From: a bacterium
GTDB lineage: Bacteria; SAR324; NAC60-12
Assembly (NCBI GenBank): GCA_965233585.1
Contig: CBDDTI010000745.1
Coordinates: 384,001 to 448,000 of the forward strand
Length of the DNA stretch: 64,000 bases
Direction of reading: 5' to 3'
The notes beneath the pieces are model-generated. The model saw only the letters and a list, made by a program, of their open reading frames with translations, made no database searches and was not told where the DNA came from. The translations under genes and the position numbers were made by a program. Shown piece by piece: positions 12,637 through 22,981 of the stretch (position 1 is its first letter; the number at the start of each line of letters is the position of its first letter).

Positions 12637-15600
12637 GAAATTAAATAAGTCTATTAGACAAAGATTCAACAACATTTCTGAGCCTAATCTACAACAGTAG
12701 AAATTAAATAAGTCTATTAGACATCTGTGTTTTACATGGTTTTCTATCTTTATCTACAACAGTAGAAATTAAATAAGTCTATTAGACCTATTTGAGCAAA
12801 GGTCAATCTTGAATATCTACAACAGTAGAAATTAAATAAGTCTATTAGACTTAGACAAAAACCTTTTAGACGACCTATCTACAACAGTAGAAATTAAATA
12901 AGTCTATTAGACTAAGAGAAAAAAAATATCCGTGCCAAATCTACAACAGTAGAAATTAAATAAGTCTATTAGACGTGATGTTTGAGACACACCATCTTTT
13001 ATCTACAACAGTAGAAATTAAATAAGTCTATTAGACAGAATCATCAGACTCAATAGATTCAAATCTACAACAGTAGAAATTAAATAAGTCTATTAGACTA
13101 TAATGTTTAATCATTATTCTCTTAATCTACAACAGTAGAAATTAAATAAGTCTATTAGACTTTATTCTAAAAAATAAAATGAATAACATCTACAACAGTA
13201 GAAATTAAATAAGTCTATTAGACCCCCTAAAGTGATTTTTTTTGCATATTATCTACAACAGTAGAAATTAAATAAGTCTATTAGACATAAATACCCTAAA
13301 TTAGTTTGATTATATCTACAACAGTAGAAATTAAATAAGTCTATTAGACAACAATCAAAGAATCTTCAGAATCAAATCTACAACAGTAGAAATTAAATAA
13401 GTCTATTAGACAGAATTTTCTTTGACAAATCCTAGTTTATCTACAACAGTAGAAATTAAATAAGTCTATTAGACAAAGCACTGTCAGCAGAAAACCACAC
13501 ATCTACAACAGTAGAAATTAAATAAGTCTATTAGACCAAAAAAAATATGATGAACTCAATAACATCTACAACAGTAGAAATTAAATAAGTCTATTAGACG
13601 TCATTCAATCGCAACAAGAGTTGATTATCTACAACAGTAGAAATTAAATAAGTCTATTAGACGTTTTGGATTTAAGCCTAGTAAATACAATCTACAACAG
13701 TAGAAATTAAATAAGTCTATTAGACACAAACTTCATTTTTAGAAGAGAAACCATCTACAACAGTAGAAATTAAATAAGTCTATTAGACGATGCAAGAGCT
13801 AATAGCTTATGCAATATCTACAACAGTAGAAATTAAATAAGTCTATTAGACCAAGAACTCAAGAAATTGAATCTTTTATCTACAACAGTAGAAATTAAAT
13901 AAGTCTATTAGACAAGCGACAAAACAACTGGCATTTTGTATCTACAACAGTAGAAATTAAATAAGTCTATTAGACCGCATTCGTAATAGGGAGGATCCAG
14001 AATCTACAACAGTAGAAATTAAATAAGTCTATTAGACAAGAGGGGAACGAACTGTTTCCCCTTATCTACAACAGTAGAAATTAAATAAGTCTATTAGACG
14101 GGGAGCAGTCAGCTACATTGCTTCAATCTACAACAGTAGAAATTAAATAAGTCTATTAGACTCTGATTGGTTTCGGAAGATCAAAAAAATATCTACAACA
14201 GTAGAAATTAAATAAGTCTATTAGACGAGAAAAAAGTTTTGGAAATTGAACTCATCTACAACAGTAGAAATTAAATAAGTCTATTAGACCGCCAGTGCGG
14301 CAGAAAAATCAGCCACATCTACAACAGTAGAAATTAAATAAGTCTATTAGACTTTTAGATGCTGGTCAAGGTGTCCAAATCTACAACAGTAGAAATTAAA
14401 TAAGTCTATTAGACTTTTAGATGCTGGTCAAGGTGTCCAAATCTACAACAGTAGAAATTAAATAAGTCTATTAGACTCAAAAAATGGTCTATCTCTTTTG
14501 TCATCTACAACAGTAGAAATTAAATAAGTCTATTAGACGGTCTAAAAATGGTTTATCTCTTCTTTATCTACAACAGTAGAAATTAAATAAGTCTATTAGA
14601 CCTTCAAATAGGTCTATCTTCATATTGGATCTACAACAGTAGAAATTAAATAAGTCTATTAGACATTCAAATAATTATATGCGTTCCTTAATCTACAACA
14701 GTAGAAATTAAATAAGTCTATTAGACATTCAGATTTTGACAAATCTAATTATATCTACAACAGTAGAAATTAAATAAGTCTATTAGACGTGTGCTAGACT
14801 AGAGGCTTCTTTGGAATCTACAACAGTAGAAATTAAATAAGTCTATTAGACTCTTCAAAAGTAGAAGACCATCATGCCATCTACAACAGTAGAAATTAAA
14901 TAAGTCTATTAGACTGATGTAGCAAAAGTAACACCACCATATCTACAACAGTAGAAATTAAATAAGTCTATTAGACGTGTGCTAGACTAGAGGCTTCTTT
15001 GGAATCTACAACAGTAGAAATTAAATAAGTCTATTAGACCTTTCTCTGATAATGGAATGCCAACTATCTACAACAGTAGAAATTAAATAAGTCTATTAGA
15101 CTCTAATCTTTTAGCGCTTCTTTGGAATCTACAACAGTAGAAATTAAATAAGTCTATTAGACTTGAAAAACTGGGTTTTGATGCAAGTTATCTACAACAG
15201 TAGAAATTAAATAAGTCTATTAGACTTTAGTAACTAATCAATTCTTTTCCATATCTACAACAGTAGAAATTAAATAAGTCTATTAGACTTTGCGGAGTGG
15301 CTCCAGTGGAGCTGTATCTACAACAGTAGAAATTAAATAAGTCTATTAGACCGCAAGTTTTTGGATTTGGAACTGATATCTACAACAGTAGAAATTAAAT
15401 AAGTCTATTAGACAACAAAATAAACACAGAATTGAACAATGATCTACAACAGTAGAAATTAAATAAGTCTATTAGACTGTAAAGCATAAGACTCCTGCAC
15501 TCCATCTACAACAGTAGAAATTAAATAAGTCTATTAGACCGAGATGACCTAGCAGCAAGAATCGGATCTACAACAGTAGAAATTAAATAAGTCTATTAGA

Positions 15601-18600
15601 CTCAAAAAAAAAATGACATTTCCACTTTATCTACAACAGTAGAAATTAAATAAGTCTATTAGACTGTGCTAGACTAGATGATTCTTTAGAATCTACAACA
15701 GTAGAAATTAAATAAGTCTATTAGACGAGTATAGGAATCTTTTTGGACTCTTATCTACAACAGTAGAAATTAAATAAGTCTATTAGACGTATTTATAAAT
15801 ATTGATTCCTCTACATCTACAACAGTAGAAATTAAATAAGTCTATTAGACATCAGAATCCAAAGACTCATCAGAATCATCTACAACAGTAGAAATTAAAT
15901 AAGTCTATTAGACTTCCGAGTACTTTTGACTTGCAAAAGATCTACAACAGTAGAAATTAAATAAGTCTATTAGACGATGAAAATTAACCTATAGAATAAA
16001 ATCTACAACAGTAGAAATTAAATAAGTCTATTAGACAAGGAGAGCTAGGAGTAGTTAATTCGTATCTACAACAGTAGAAATTAAATAAGTCTATTAGACT
16101 TAAAAGGATCAATAGAAACAGAATAATCTACAACAGTAGAAATTAAATAAGTCTATTAGACGTTAAGTCCTAATGAAGATCATATTACATCTACAACAGT
16201 AGAAATTAAATAAGTCTATTAGACTATTGACCCAACAGACATGAGAACAAATCTACAACAGTAGAAATTAAATAAGTCTATTAGACCCTAAACATGTTTA
16301 ACTTCTGTGAGTATCTACAACAGTAGAAATTAAATAAGTCTATTAGACCAGAGCATCATTGAGCGTTTTATTTATCTACAACAGTAGAAATTAAATAAGT
16401 CTATTAGACAACCAGATTGGTGAGCCAAATAAGCAAATCTACAACAGTAGAAATTAAATAAGTCTATTAGACCCGACAATCAACATTTTAAGAACATACA
16501 TCTACAACAGTAGAAATTAAATAAGTCTATTAGACATTTTTATCTTCCCTTTTTTCTCTGGTATCTACAACAGTAGAAATTAAATAAGTCTATTAGACGA
16601 TCGCATTGCATCTATCAGGAGAAAATCTACAACAGTAGAAATTAAATAAGTCTATTAGACCTCTTCAGGTTTGACTTTTCCTTCTTTATCTACAACAGTA
16701 GAAATTAAATAAGTCTATTAGACATTGAATCGGAGCGGTTTTGATTCAAATCTACAACAGTAGAAATTAAATAAGTCTATTAGACATGTAGATTGTTTAC
16801 ATTGCGGGCATTATCTACAACAGTAGAAATTAAATAAGTCTATTAGACGATTCTTTAATTGGTTCTGATGAGTCTATCTACAACAGTAGAAATTAAATAA
16901 GTCTATTAGACCCTCATCAGGAGCGTCAGGACGATCAGATCTACAACAGTAGAAATTAAATAAGTCTATTAGACGCGCCATTGACCAGTGGCTTCAGTTG
17001 ATCTACAACAGTAGAAATTAAATAAGTCTATTAGACACACATCGCATCTATTCCCTTATCCCTATCTACAACAGTAGAAATTAAATAAGTCTATTAGACG
17101 TGATGACGTTCCCCCGAGAAAACAGACATCTACAACAGTAGAAATTAAATAAGTCTATTAGACTGGTGAAAGAGCAGGCAGACATACTCATCTACAACAG
17201 TAGAAATTAAATAAGTCTATTAGACTTTGTTACCTTTATCTCCTGTCTGTCCCTATCTACAACAGTAGAAATTAAATAAGTCTATTAGACAAATTGAAAG
17301 TCTTCAGCGTTTCACTATCTACAACAGTAGAAATTAAATAAGTCTATTAGACACTACTGCCAAACGATTCAAATCTGAATATCTACAACAGTAGAAATTA
17401 AATAAGTCTATTAGACATTACAAGTGGAATCATAGCAGTGAAAAATCTACAACAGTAGAAATTAAATAAGTCTATTAGACCCTGATGCAATGGAGGGATC
17501 AAGTCCATCTACAACAGTAGAAATTAAATAAGTCTATTAGACTCGTAAAGTTAAAAATTCTTCTGGAAATCTACAACAGTAGAAATTAAATAAGTCTATT
17601 AGACATTGACAGAAGGAATGATGTTAAGAATCTACAACAGTAGAAATTAAATAAGTCTATTAGACAATGAATGGGCTTAAAGCAAAAACTTTGATCTACA
17701 ACAGTAGAAATTAAATAAGTCTATTAGACCAAACTTCGCTGAATATCTAAGTCTAATCTACAACAGTAGAAATTAAATAAGTCTATTAGACAGAGAGGTG
17801 TAGAGGTTACACTCAATATCTACAACAGTAGAAATTAAATAAGTCTATTAGACTTTTTTATCTTGTAAATTGTAAACAGAATCTACAACAGTAGAAATTA
17901 AATAAGTCTATTAGACGTCCGTCAAATGGTCTCGCTGTTCAACATCTACAACAGTAGAAATTAAATAAGTCTATTAGACGTCCGTCAAATGGTCTCGCTG
18001 TTCAACATCTACAACAGTAGAAATTAAATAAGTCTATTAGACATTGTTGATTCCTTTGTTTATTCTGTATCTACAACAGTAGAAATTAAATAAGTCTATT
18101 AGACAAAATGAATACAGAAACAAACCATGATGATCTACAACAGTAGAAATTAAATAAGTCTATTAGACATTTATTATTTATAATGAGACCATTGATCTAC
18201 AACAGTAGAAATTAAATAAGTCTATTAGACAAAATTAAAGAAAACTCATTGGCTATAATCTACAACAGTAGAAATTAAATAAGTCTATTAGACAAAATCA
18301 ACAACATTGTTGGTCACCGCATCTACAACAGTAGAAATTAAATAAGTCTATTAGACCTCACTGGCATTGACTTTTCTAGTGCATCTACAACAGTAGAAAT
18401 TAAATAAGTCTATTAGACGAGATTTATTTTTTTGAATCTTATTTTATCTACAACAGTAGAAATTAAATAAGTCTATTAGACAGATGAGAATGACAACTTA
18501 TTTGACTATCTACAACAGTAGAAATTAAATAAGTCTATTAGACCTCACAAAAAAACCAGCATGCTGGCAATCTACAACAGTAGAAATTAAATAAGTCTAT

Positions 18601-20723
18601 TAGACTAAACCTAAACAATCCCAAGACTCTTATCTACAACAGTAGAAATTAAATAAGTCTATTAGACAGGATAAAAATGACAAAGAAAATAAAAATCTAC
18701 AACAGTAGAAATTAAATAAGTCTATTAGACGGAGTTACGTTGACTGCAGACAATGTATCTACAACAGTAGAAATTAAATAAGTCTATTAGACTCCCCGTT
18801 GGCTACATCGTTACCAGTATCTACAACAGTAGAAATTAAATAAGTCTATTAGACGGTTTTAATCTTGTCCAGCCTCCTGAATCTACAACAGTAGAAATTA
18901 AATAAGTCTATTAGACATTTTTCAGATATGTTTACAACGAAACATCTACAACAGTAGAAATTAAATAAGTCTATTAGACAGTCTTGTTGTCAAAGTCAAA
19001 GACAAATCTACAACAGTAGAAATTAAATAAGTCTATTAGACGAGATTGCGGGTCAAGCCCGCAATCTCATCTACAACAGTAGAAATTAAATAAGTCTATT
19101 AGACGCTAAAGCAGTCACCTCTGTCGCTTTATCTACAACAGTAGAAATTAAATAAGTCTATTAGACCAAGAGATCACCATTGCATGGTGCAAATCTACAA
19201 CAGTAGAAATTAAATAAGTCTATTAGACTGATTCAATGTTTTTTAACCTTTATTATCTACAACAGTAGAAATTAAATAAGTCTATTAGACTCTACTCCAG
19301 TCAAAAAAAGACCGCATCTACAACAGTAGAAATTAAATAAGTCTATTAGACCAAGGAGAACAACATGTTTCATTTTTTATCTACAACAGTAGAAATTAAA
19401 TAAGTCTATTAGACTTTTAGATTTTTCATTTTCTCCTTTAAATCTACAACAGTAGAAATTAAATAAGTCTATTAGACTTGGGCTTCACAGGTTGCCCATT
19501 GATGATCTACAACAGTAGAAATTAAATAAGTCTATTAGACCTTCCCTGTTGAGCTGAAACAATAAATCTACAACAGTAGAAATTAAATAAGTCTATTAGA
19601 CAAGCAAGCTTTAGCAAATTCCCCTCATCTACAACAGTAGAAATTAAATAAGTCTATTAGACACGGAAAGCATTGCCACGATTTCAGGATCTACAACAGT
19701 AGAAATTAAATAAGTCTATTAGACGAATTAATCCATGTTTATCAAGTGTATCTACAACAGTAGAAATTAAATAAGTCTATTAGACTCTGGGTTGACAACT
19801 ACGTATTTGTGTATCTACAACAGTAGAAATTAAATAAGTCTATTAGACTCATGGCTTCGAACTCGCCTATCGCAACATCTACAACAGTAGAAATTAAATA
19901 AGTCTATTAGACTCAAAATCTGCAGGTTTGGACTTCAATCTACAACAGTAGAAATTAAATAAGTCTATTAGACGTTTTTCAATGGATCATTTTGAATGAA
20001 TCTACAACAGTAGAAATTAAATAAGTCTATTAGACTGTATTGGATTTTTTCACCCGCGATGATCTACAACAGTAGAAATTAAATAAGTCTATTAGACAGA
20101 CAAAAAAAAATCGTGTTCAAAACATCTACAACAGTAGAAATTAAATAAGTCTATTAGACAATCAAACAAAACATAATGCGTTAACAATCTACAACAGTAG
20201 AAATTAAATAAGTCTATTAGACGGTATCACAATCGTGATTTGTTTTACATCTACAACAGTAGAAATTAAATAAGTCTATTAGACACAGAAATGAAATAAA
20301 TCTAAACATGCTATCTACAACAGTAGAAATTAAATAAGTCTATTAGACCCTCTCCATACCTTATCACGGACAAAGATCTACAACAGTAGAAATTAAATAA
20401 GTCTATTAGACGCCTTATGTCTCTGCATGGATAGAGACGATCTACAACAGTAGAAATTAAATAAGTCTATTAGACCATATTCACTAGTTTTTGAATCCAT
20501 AATCTACAACAGTAGAAATTAAATAAGTCTATTAGACATGAGTTTATCAATATTTATTGATGAATCTACAACAGTAGAAATTAAATAAGTCTATTAGACA
20601 CTAAAATGTCATAAATATCGTCAATATCTACAACAGTAGAAATTAAATAAGTCTATTAGACCAAAGACTCTTCAGTCCCGTCAGTCTATCTACAACAGTA
20701 GAAATTAAATAAGTCTATTAGAC

Positions 20724-20996
20724 AGATAACATGCCTGCAACCCGCATATCTTGGTGAAAAAACAAAGACAAAAGTGCGAATTTTGAGCGATTTCTGCCAT
20801 TAAGACCGAGGTTTGCAATTTTTCAAGAAAGAAGCGATCCATCAGCGGTATCACTCCTCACTTCGCACCCCACACATTGACAACAGTCAAGACCCAAAGA
20901 AGGCTTTTAAAAGTGCGACCAAAATTGCCTAAAAAAGCACGATAGACTTTAGCCTAATAGACAAGTCAGCCATTCTAAACGTTCTTATCTCACAAG
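20724..20996 (-). promoter_or_regulatory. CRISPR leader
   Basis: 273-bp non-coding region between the cas2 stop and the first repeat in transcription direction. Confidence 0.75.
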
Positions 20997-21272
20997 TCAA
21001 GAGATCATTATCAAATCAGACTCATCATTTTTGGCATAACCAAAACGTGTGATTTTGCATTGTTGGCTTAAATTAAAAATGATGATGCTGTCTGACTGGC
21101 TAAACGATTTGCTAAAGTCTGTCTCTATCTGCGTTTCAATCAAGTCCAAAATTCGTTTGCTATTTTCAATCTCAAAGACTGAATATTGCAGACGGTAGCC
21201 AAATTTTTTAAGAAACTCTGAGAACCTTGTCCGCAAAGGTGTCTCTGAAATATCATACGTCACAATCAACAT
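20997..21272 (-). CDS. cas2: CRISPR-associated endonuclease Cas2
   Basis: MLIVTYDIS...LKKFGYRLQYSVFEI, 91 aa, adjacent to cas1 and the array. Confidence 0.96.
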   Translation of the reverse strand: MLIVTYDISETPLRTRFSEFLKKFGYRLQYSVFEIENSKRILDLIETQIETDFSKSFSQSDSIIIFNLSQQCKITRFGYAKNDESDLIMIS

Positions 21273-21284
21273 GTCATACCTCCT

Positions 21285-22283
21285 CTATTGAATTTGCTTG
21301 GTTTCATTCTTTGCCTGACGCCTCATGCTAAAAACAGGGTAGTCCGCAATGGGCTTGTCCCTCATAAAAGAACGATAATAACTTTGCATATACAAAAACA
21401 TCTCTATCTTATACTCCAGCAAAACCTCCATATAAAGTTGAGTGTAAGGCTTGGCGTCTTTGCCAAAAAGTTTATATTGATTGTTGATGACCTTAAAATC
21501 TTCTTCTTTCACTTGTCCCAGCTGATACGCCTTGCGTGTCCTGTAATCAATCAAAGGACGGAACGGCTCTATCAAATCACAAACCAACGCCTTGCGTTGA
21601 AAAAACTCTTTGTGATACACGCCACGATACAAATCAAACCCGTAAATCTGCAAAAGAGCCTCAATCAAGTTAAACAACAAGGTATAGCCAATATCCAGCA
21701 AACAATTAATAGAATCTGCCTTCACTCTGGGTCTTCTGGCTTGCCAAGGATACACAGAAAAGATTTGCTTAAAATACACCCGCGAGGCAATCCCTTCCAG
21801 CCCCAAAATCTGCTGCAAATCTAAACCCTCCGTTTGAAGTTGCCCCCGATACTCCTTTAAACTGCTGATGGCTCTTTGGCAAGCAAGCGACTTTTCACGA
21901 ATCCGACCCAACGCCTCAATTTGATTGGACAACTTATTGCCTACCAGATGCCTTGCCACCTCAAGCCCGTCATAGTCATATTGTTTTTTTCTCAAACGGA
22001 CATTGCCCTCTATTTTCGTATTCCAAGACCCGTAAGGACGCAGACCATAATTCAAAAAAATGATGCTAAACCCAAACCGCTTAGCACGTTCCAACAAGCC
22101 AGAACTCACCGTACAATGACCCGAGATAAACAAAGCAAACAAACGATGACAAGTAGATTGATGCTTCAGCTGACCCTCCTTGTCATAAATCATAATATTG
22201 TCATTTTTGTAGCTAAATTTTTCTCCTAGGTTAGAAAACACAAAGAGAATCTGCTTCTTTTCAAAATCTGGTTTACTCAACAT
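21285..22283 (-). CDS. cas1: Type V-A CRISPR-associated endonuclease Cas1
   Basis: Likely start MLSKPDFEKKQI (ATG at 22283, overlapping the cas4 end); ILGLEGIASRVYF, INCLLDIGYTLL, GVYH, LVCDLIEPFRPLID. Confidence 0.96.
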   Translation of the reverse strand: MLSKPDFEKKQILFVFSNLGEKFSYKNDNIMIYDKEGQLKHQSTCHRLFALFISGHCTVSSGLLERAKRFGFSIIFLNYGLRPYGSWNTKIEGNVRLRKKQYDYDGLEVARHLVGNKLSNQIEALGRIREKSLACQRAISSLKEYRGQLQTEGLDLQQILGLEGIASRVYFKQIFSVYPWQARRPRVKADSINCLLDIGYTLLFNLIEALLQIYGFDLYRGVYHKEFFQRKALVCDLIEPFRPLIDYRTRKAYQLGQVKEEDFKVINNQYKLFGKDAKPYTQLYMEVLLEYKIEMFLYMQSYYRSFMRDKPIADYPVFSMRRQAKNETKQIQ

Positions 22284-22839
22284 CAGCCAAAGAATAATCG
22301 CAAAGGTTATGATAAATACAGCCACGACATTTAGCCGCAACAGGCGTAAAGTCTGCACTCATGTCAAAATCCCTCAAATCAGCAAGGCATTGTTCAAAGG
22401 CTTGAAAATCTTCAGGGCTATCTTCAGGCTTCTTCACGGGGTAACTTTTGTTGTCAACCATGCTGTACAACTTCAACTTCTCCACCTCATACCCCATCTC
22501 ACGCAAACAAAAATACTGGGCATACAACTGAAAAATATAACCCTGATACACCAGCCGAATCTGACGTTTACGTTCCACCAACTCCCGCTTCTTCTCATCA
22601 TAAATGTCAATCTTTCCGCACAATCCGTAACGTTCACAATACACATCTATCCCCTGCAACACATGACGAGAGGTGCTGTAACCCTTTTCATCAATACTCT
22701 GATGCGCCGCACGACCCTTCCTTTGAGCCGTGCCATGATACAACCACTCTGACGTCTGTGCATACAGCTGATGAAAGTAAATAGAACGAGGACAAAACAG
22801 AAAATCATTTAAATACGAAATTAAAATGTAACTCTCCAT
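22273..22839 (-). CDS. cas4: Type V-A CRISPR-associated protein Cas4
   Basis: LNDFLFCPRSIYFH, GKIDIY, LVERK, QLYAQYFCL, C-terminal CRGCIYHNLC Fe-S cysteines; RBS GGAGG upstream. Confidence 0.96.
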   Translation of the reverse strand: MESYILISYLNDFLFCPRSIYFHQLYAQTSEWLYHGTAQRKGRAAHQSIDEKGYSTSRHVLQGIDVYCERYGLCGKIDIYDEKKRELVERKRQIRLVYQGYIFQLYAQYFCLREMGYEVEKLKLYSMVDNKSYPVKKPEDSPEDFQAFEQCLADLRDFDMSADFTPVAAKCRGCIYHNLCDYSLADVE

Positions 22840-22918
22840 TCAAAACCCTCCTCAAAAACTCAAAAGACTAAAAAAACAAAAAATCTAACATCACGAAAAT
22901 TCAACATCACAAAAGCCC

Positions 22919-22946
22919 AAAAAAGTTGACTTTGCAGACTCAACCT
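22919..22946 (-). terminator. Putative intrinsic terminator between cas12a and cas4
   Basis: Minus strand AGGTTGA-GTCTGCAAAG-TCAACT followed by a T run, about 35 nt after the cas12a stop. Confidence 0.45.
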
Positions 22947-22981
22947 TGACCACCGCAAAGACCTCATCTGCAAATCACTTT

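Larger units (their letters stand above)
7545..20723 (-). CRISPR. Type V-A CRISPR array, about 197 spacers (25-29 nt), interrupted by an IS at 11838-12636
   Basis: 36-bp repeat, transcribed sense GTCTAATAGACTTATTTAATTTCTACTGTTGTAGAT, ending in the canonical Cas12a handle AATTTCTACTGTTGTAGAT. Manual count about 68 spacers left of the IS and about 129 right of it. The leader end is next to cas2. Confidence 0.99.

Noticed and set aside
15665..15690. 14-nt match TGCTAGACTAGATG between a spacer and 60901/63414
   Set aside because: The flanks do not match, and a 14-mer hit is expected by chance with about 200 spacers against 64 kb of AT-rich DNA.
9274..17254. Two spacers (9274, 17226) translating to Gly-X-Y collagen-like peptides
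   Set aside because: Only 2-3 triplets each; too short to infer a target gene.
20941..20970. Partial anti-repeat (GCCTAATAGAC) in the leader as a possible tracr/scout RNA
   Set aside because: Only 10/11 nt, it matches the trimmed 5' part of the repeat, and Cas12a needs no tracrRNA.
21288..22752. Long plus-strand ORFs antisense to cas1/cas4, and others antisense to dxr/cdsA
   Set aside because: Shadow ORFs caused by strand compositional skew in well-supported genes.
22865..22915. AATTTTCGTGATGTTAGAT (minus strand) between cas12a and cas4 as a degenerate mini-repeat
   Set aside because: It lacks the TCTAC/GTAGA stem needed for the handle, and there is no second repeat.
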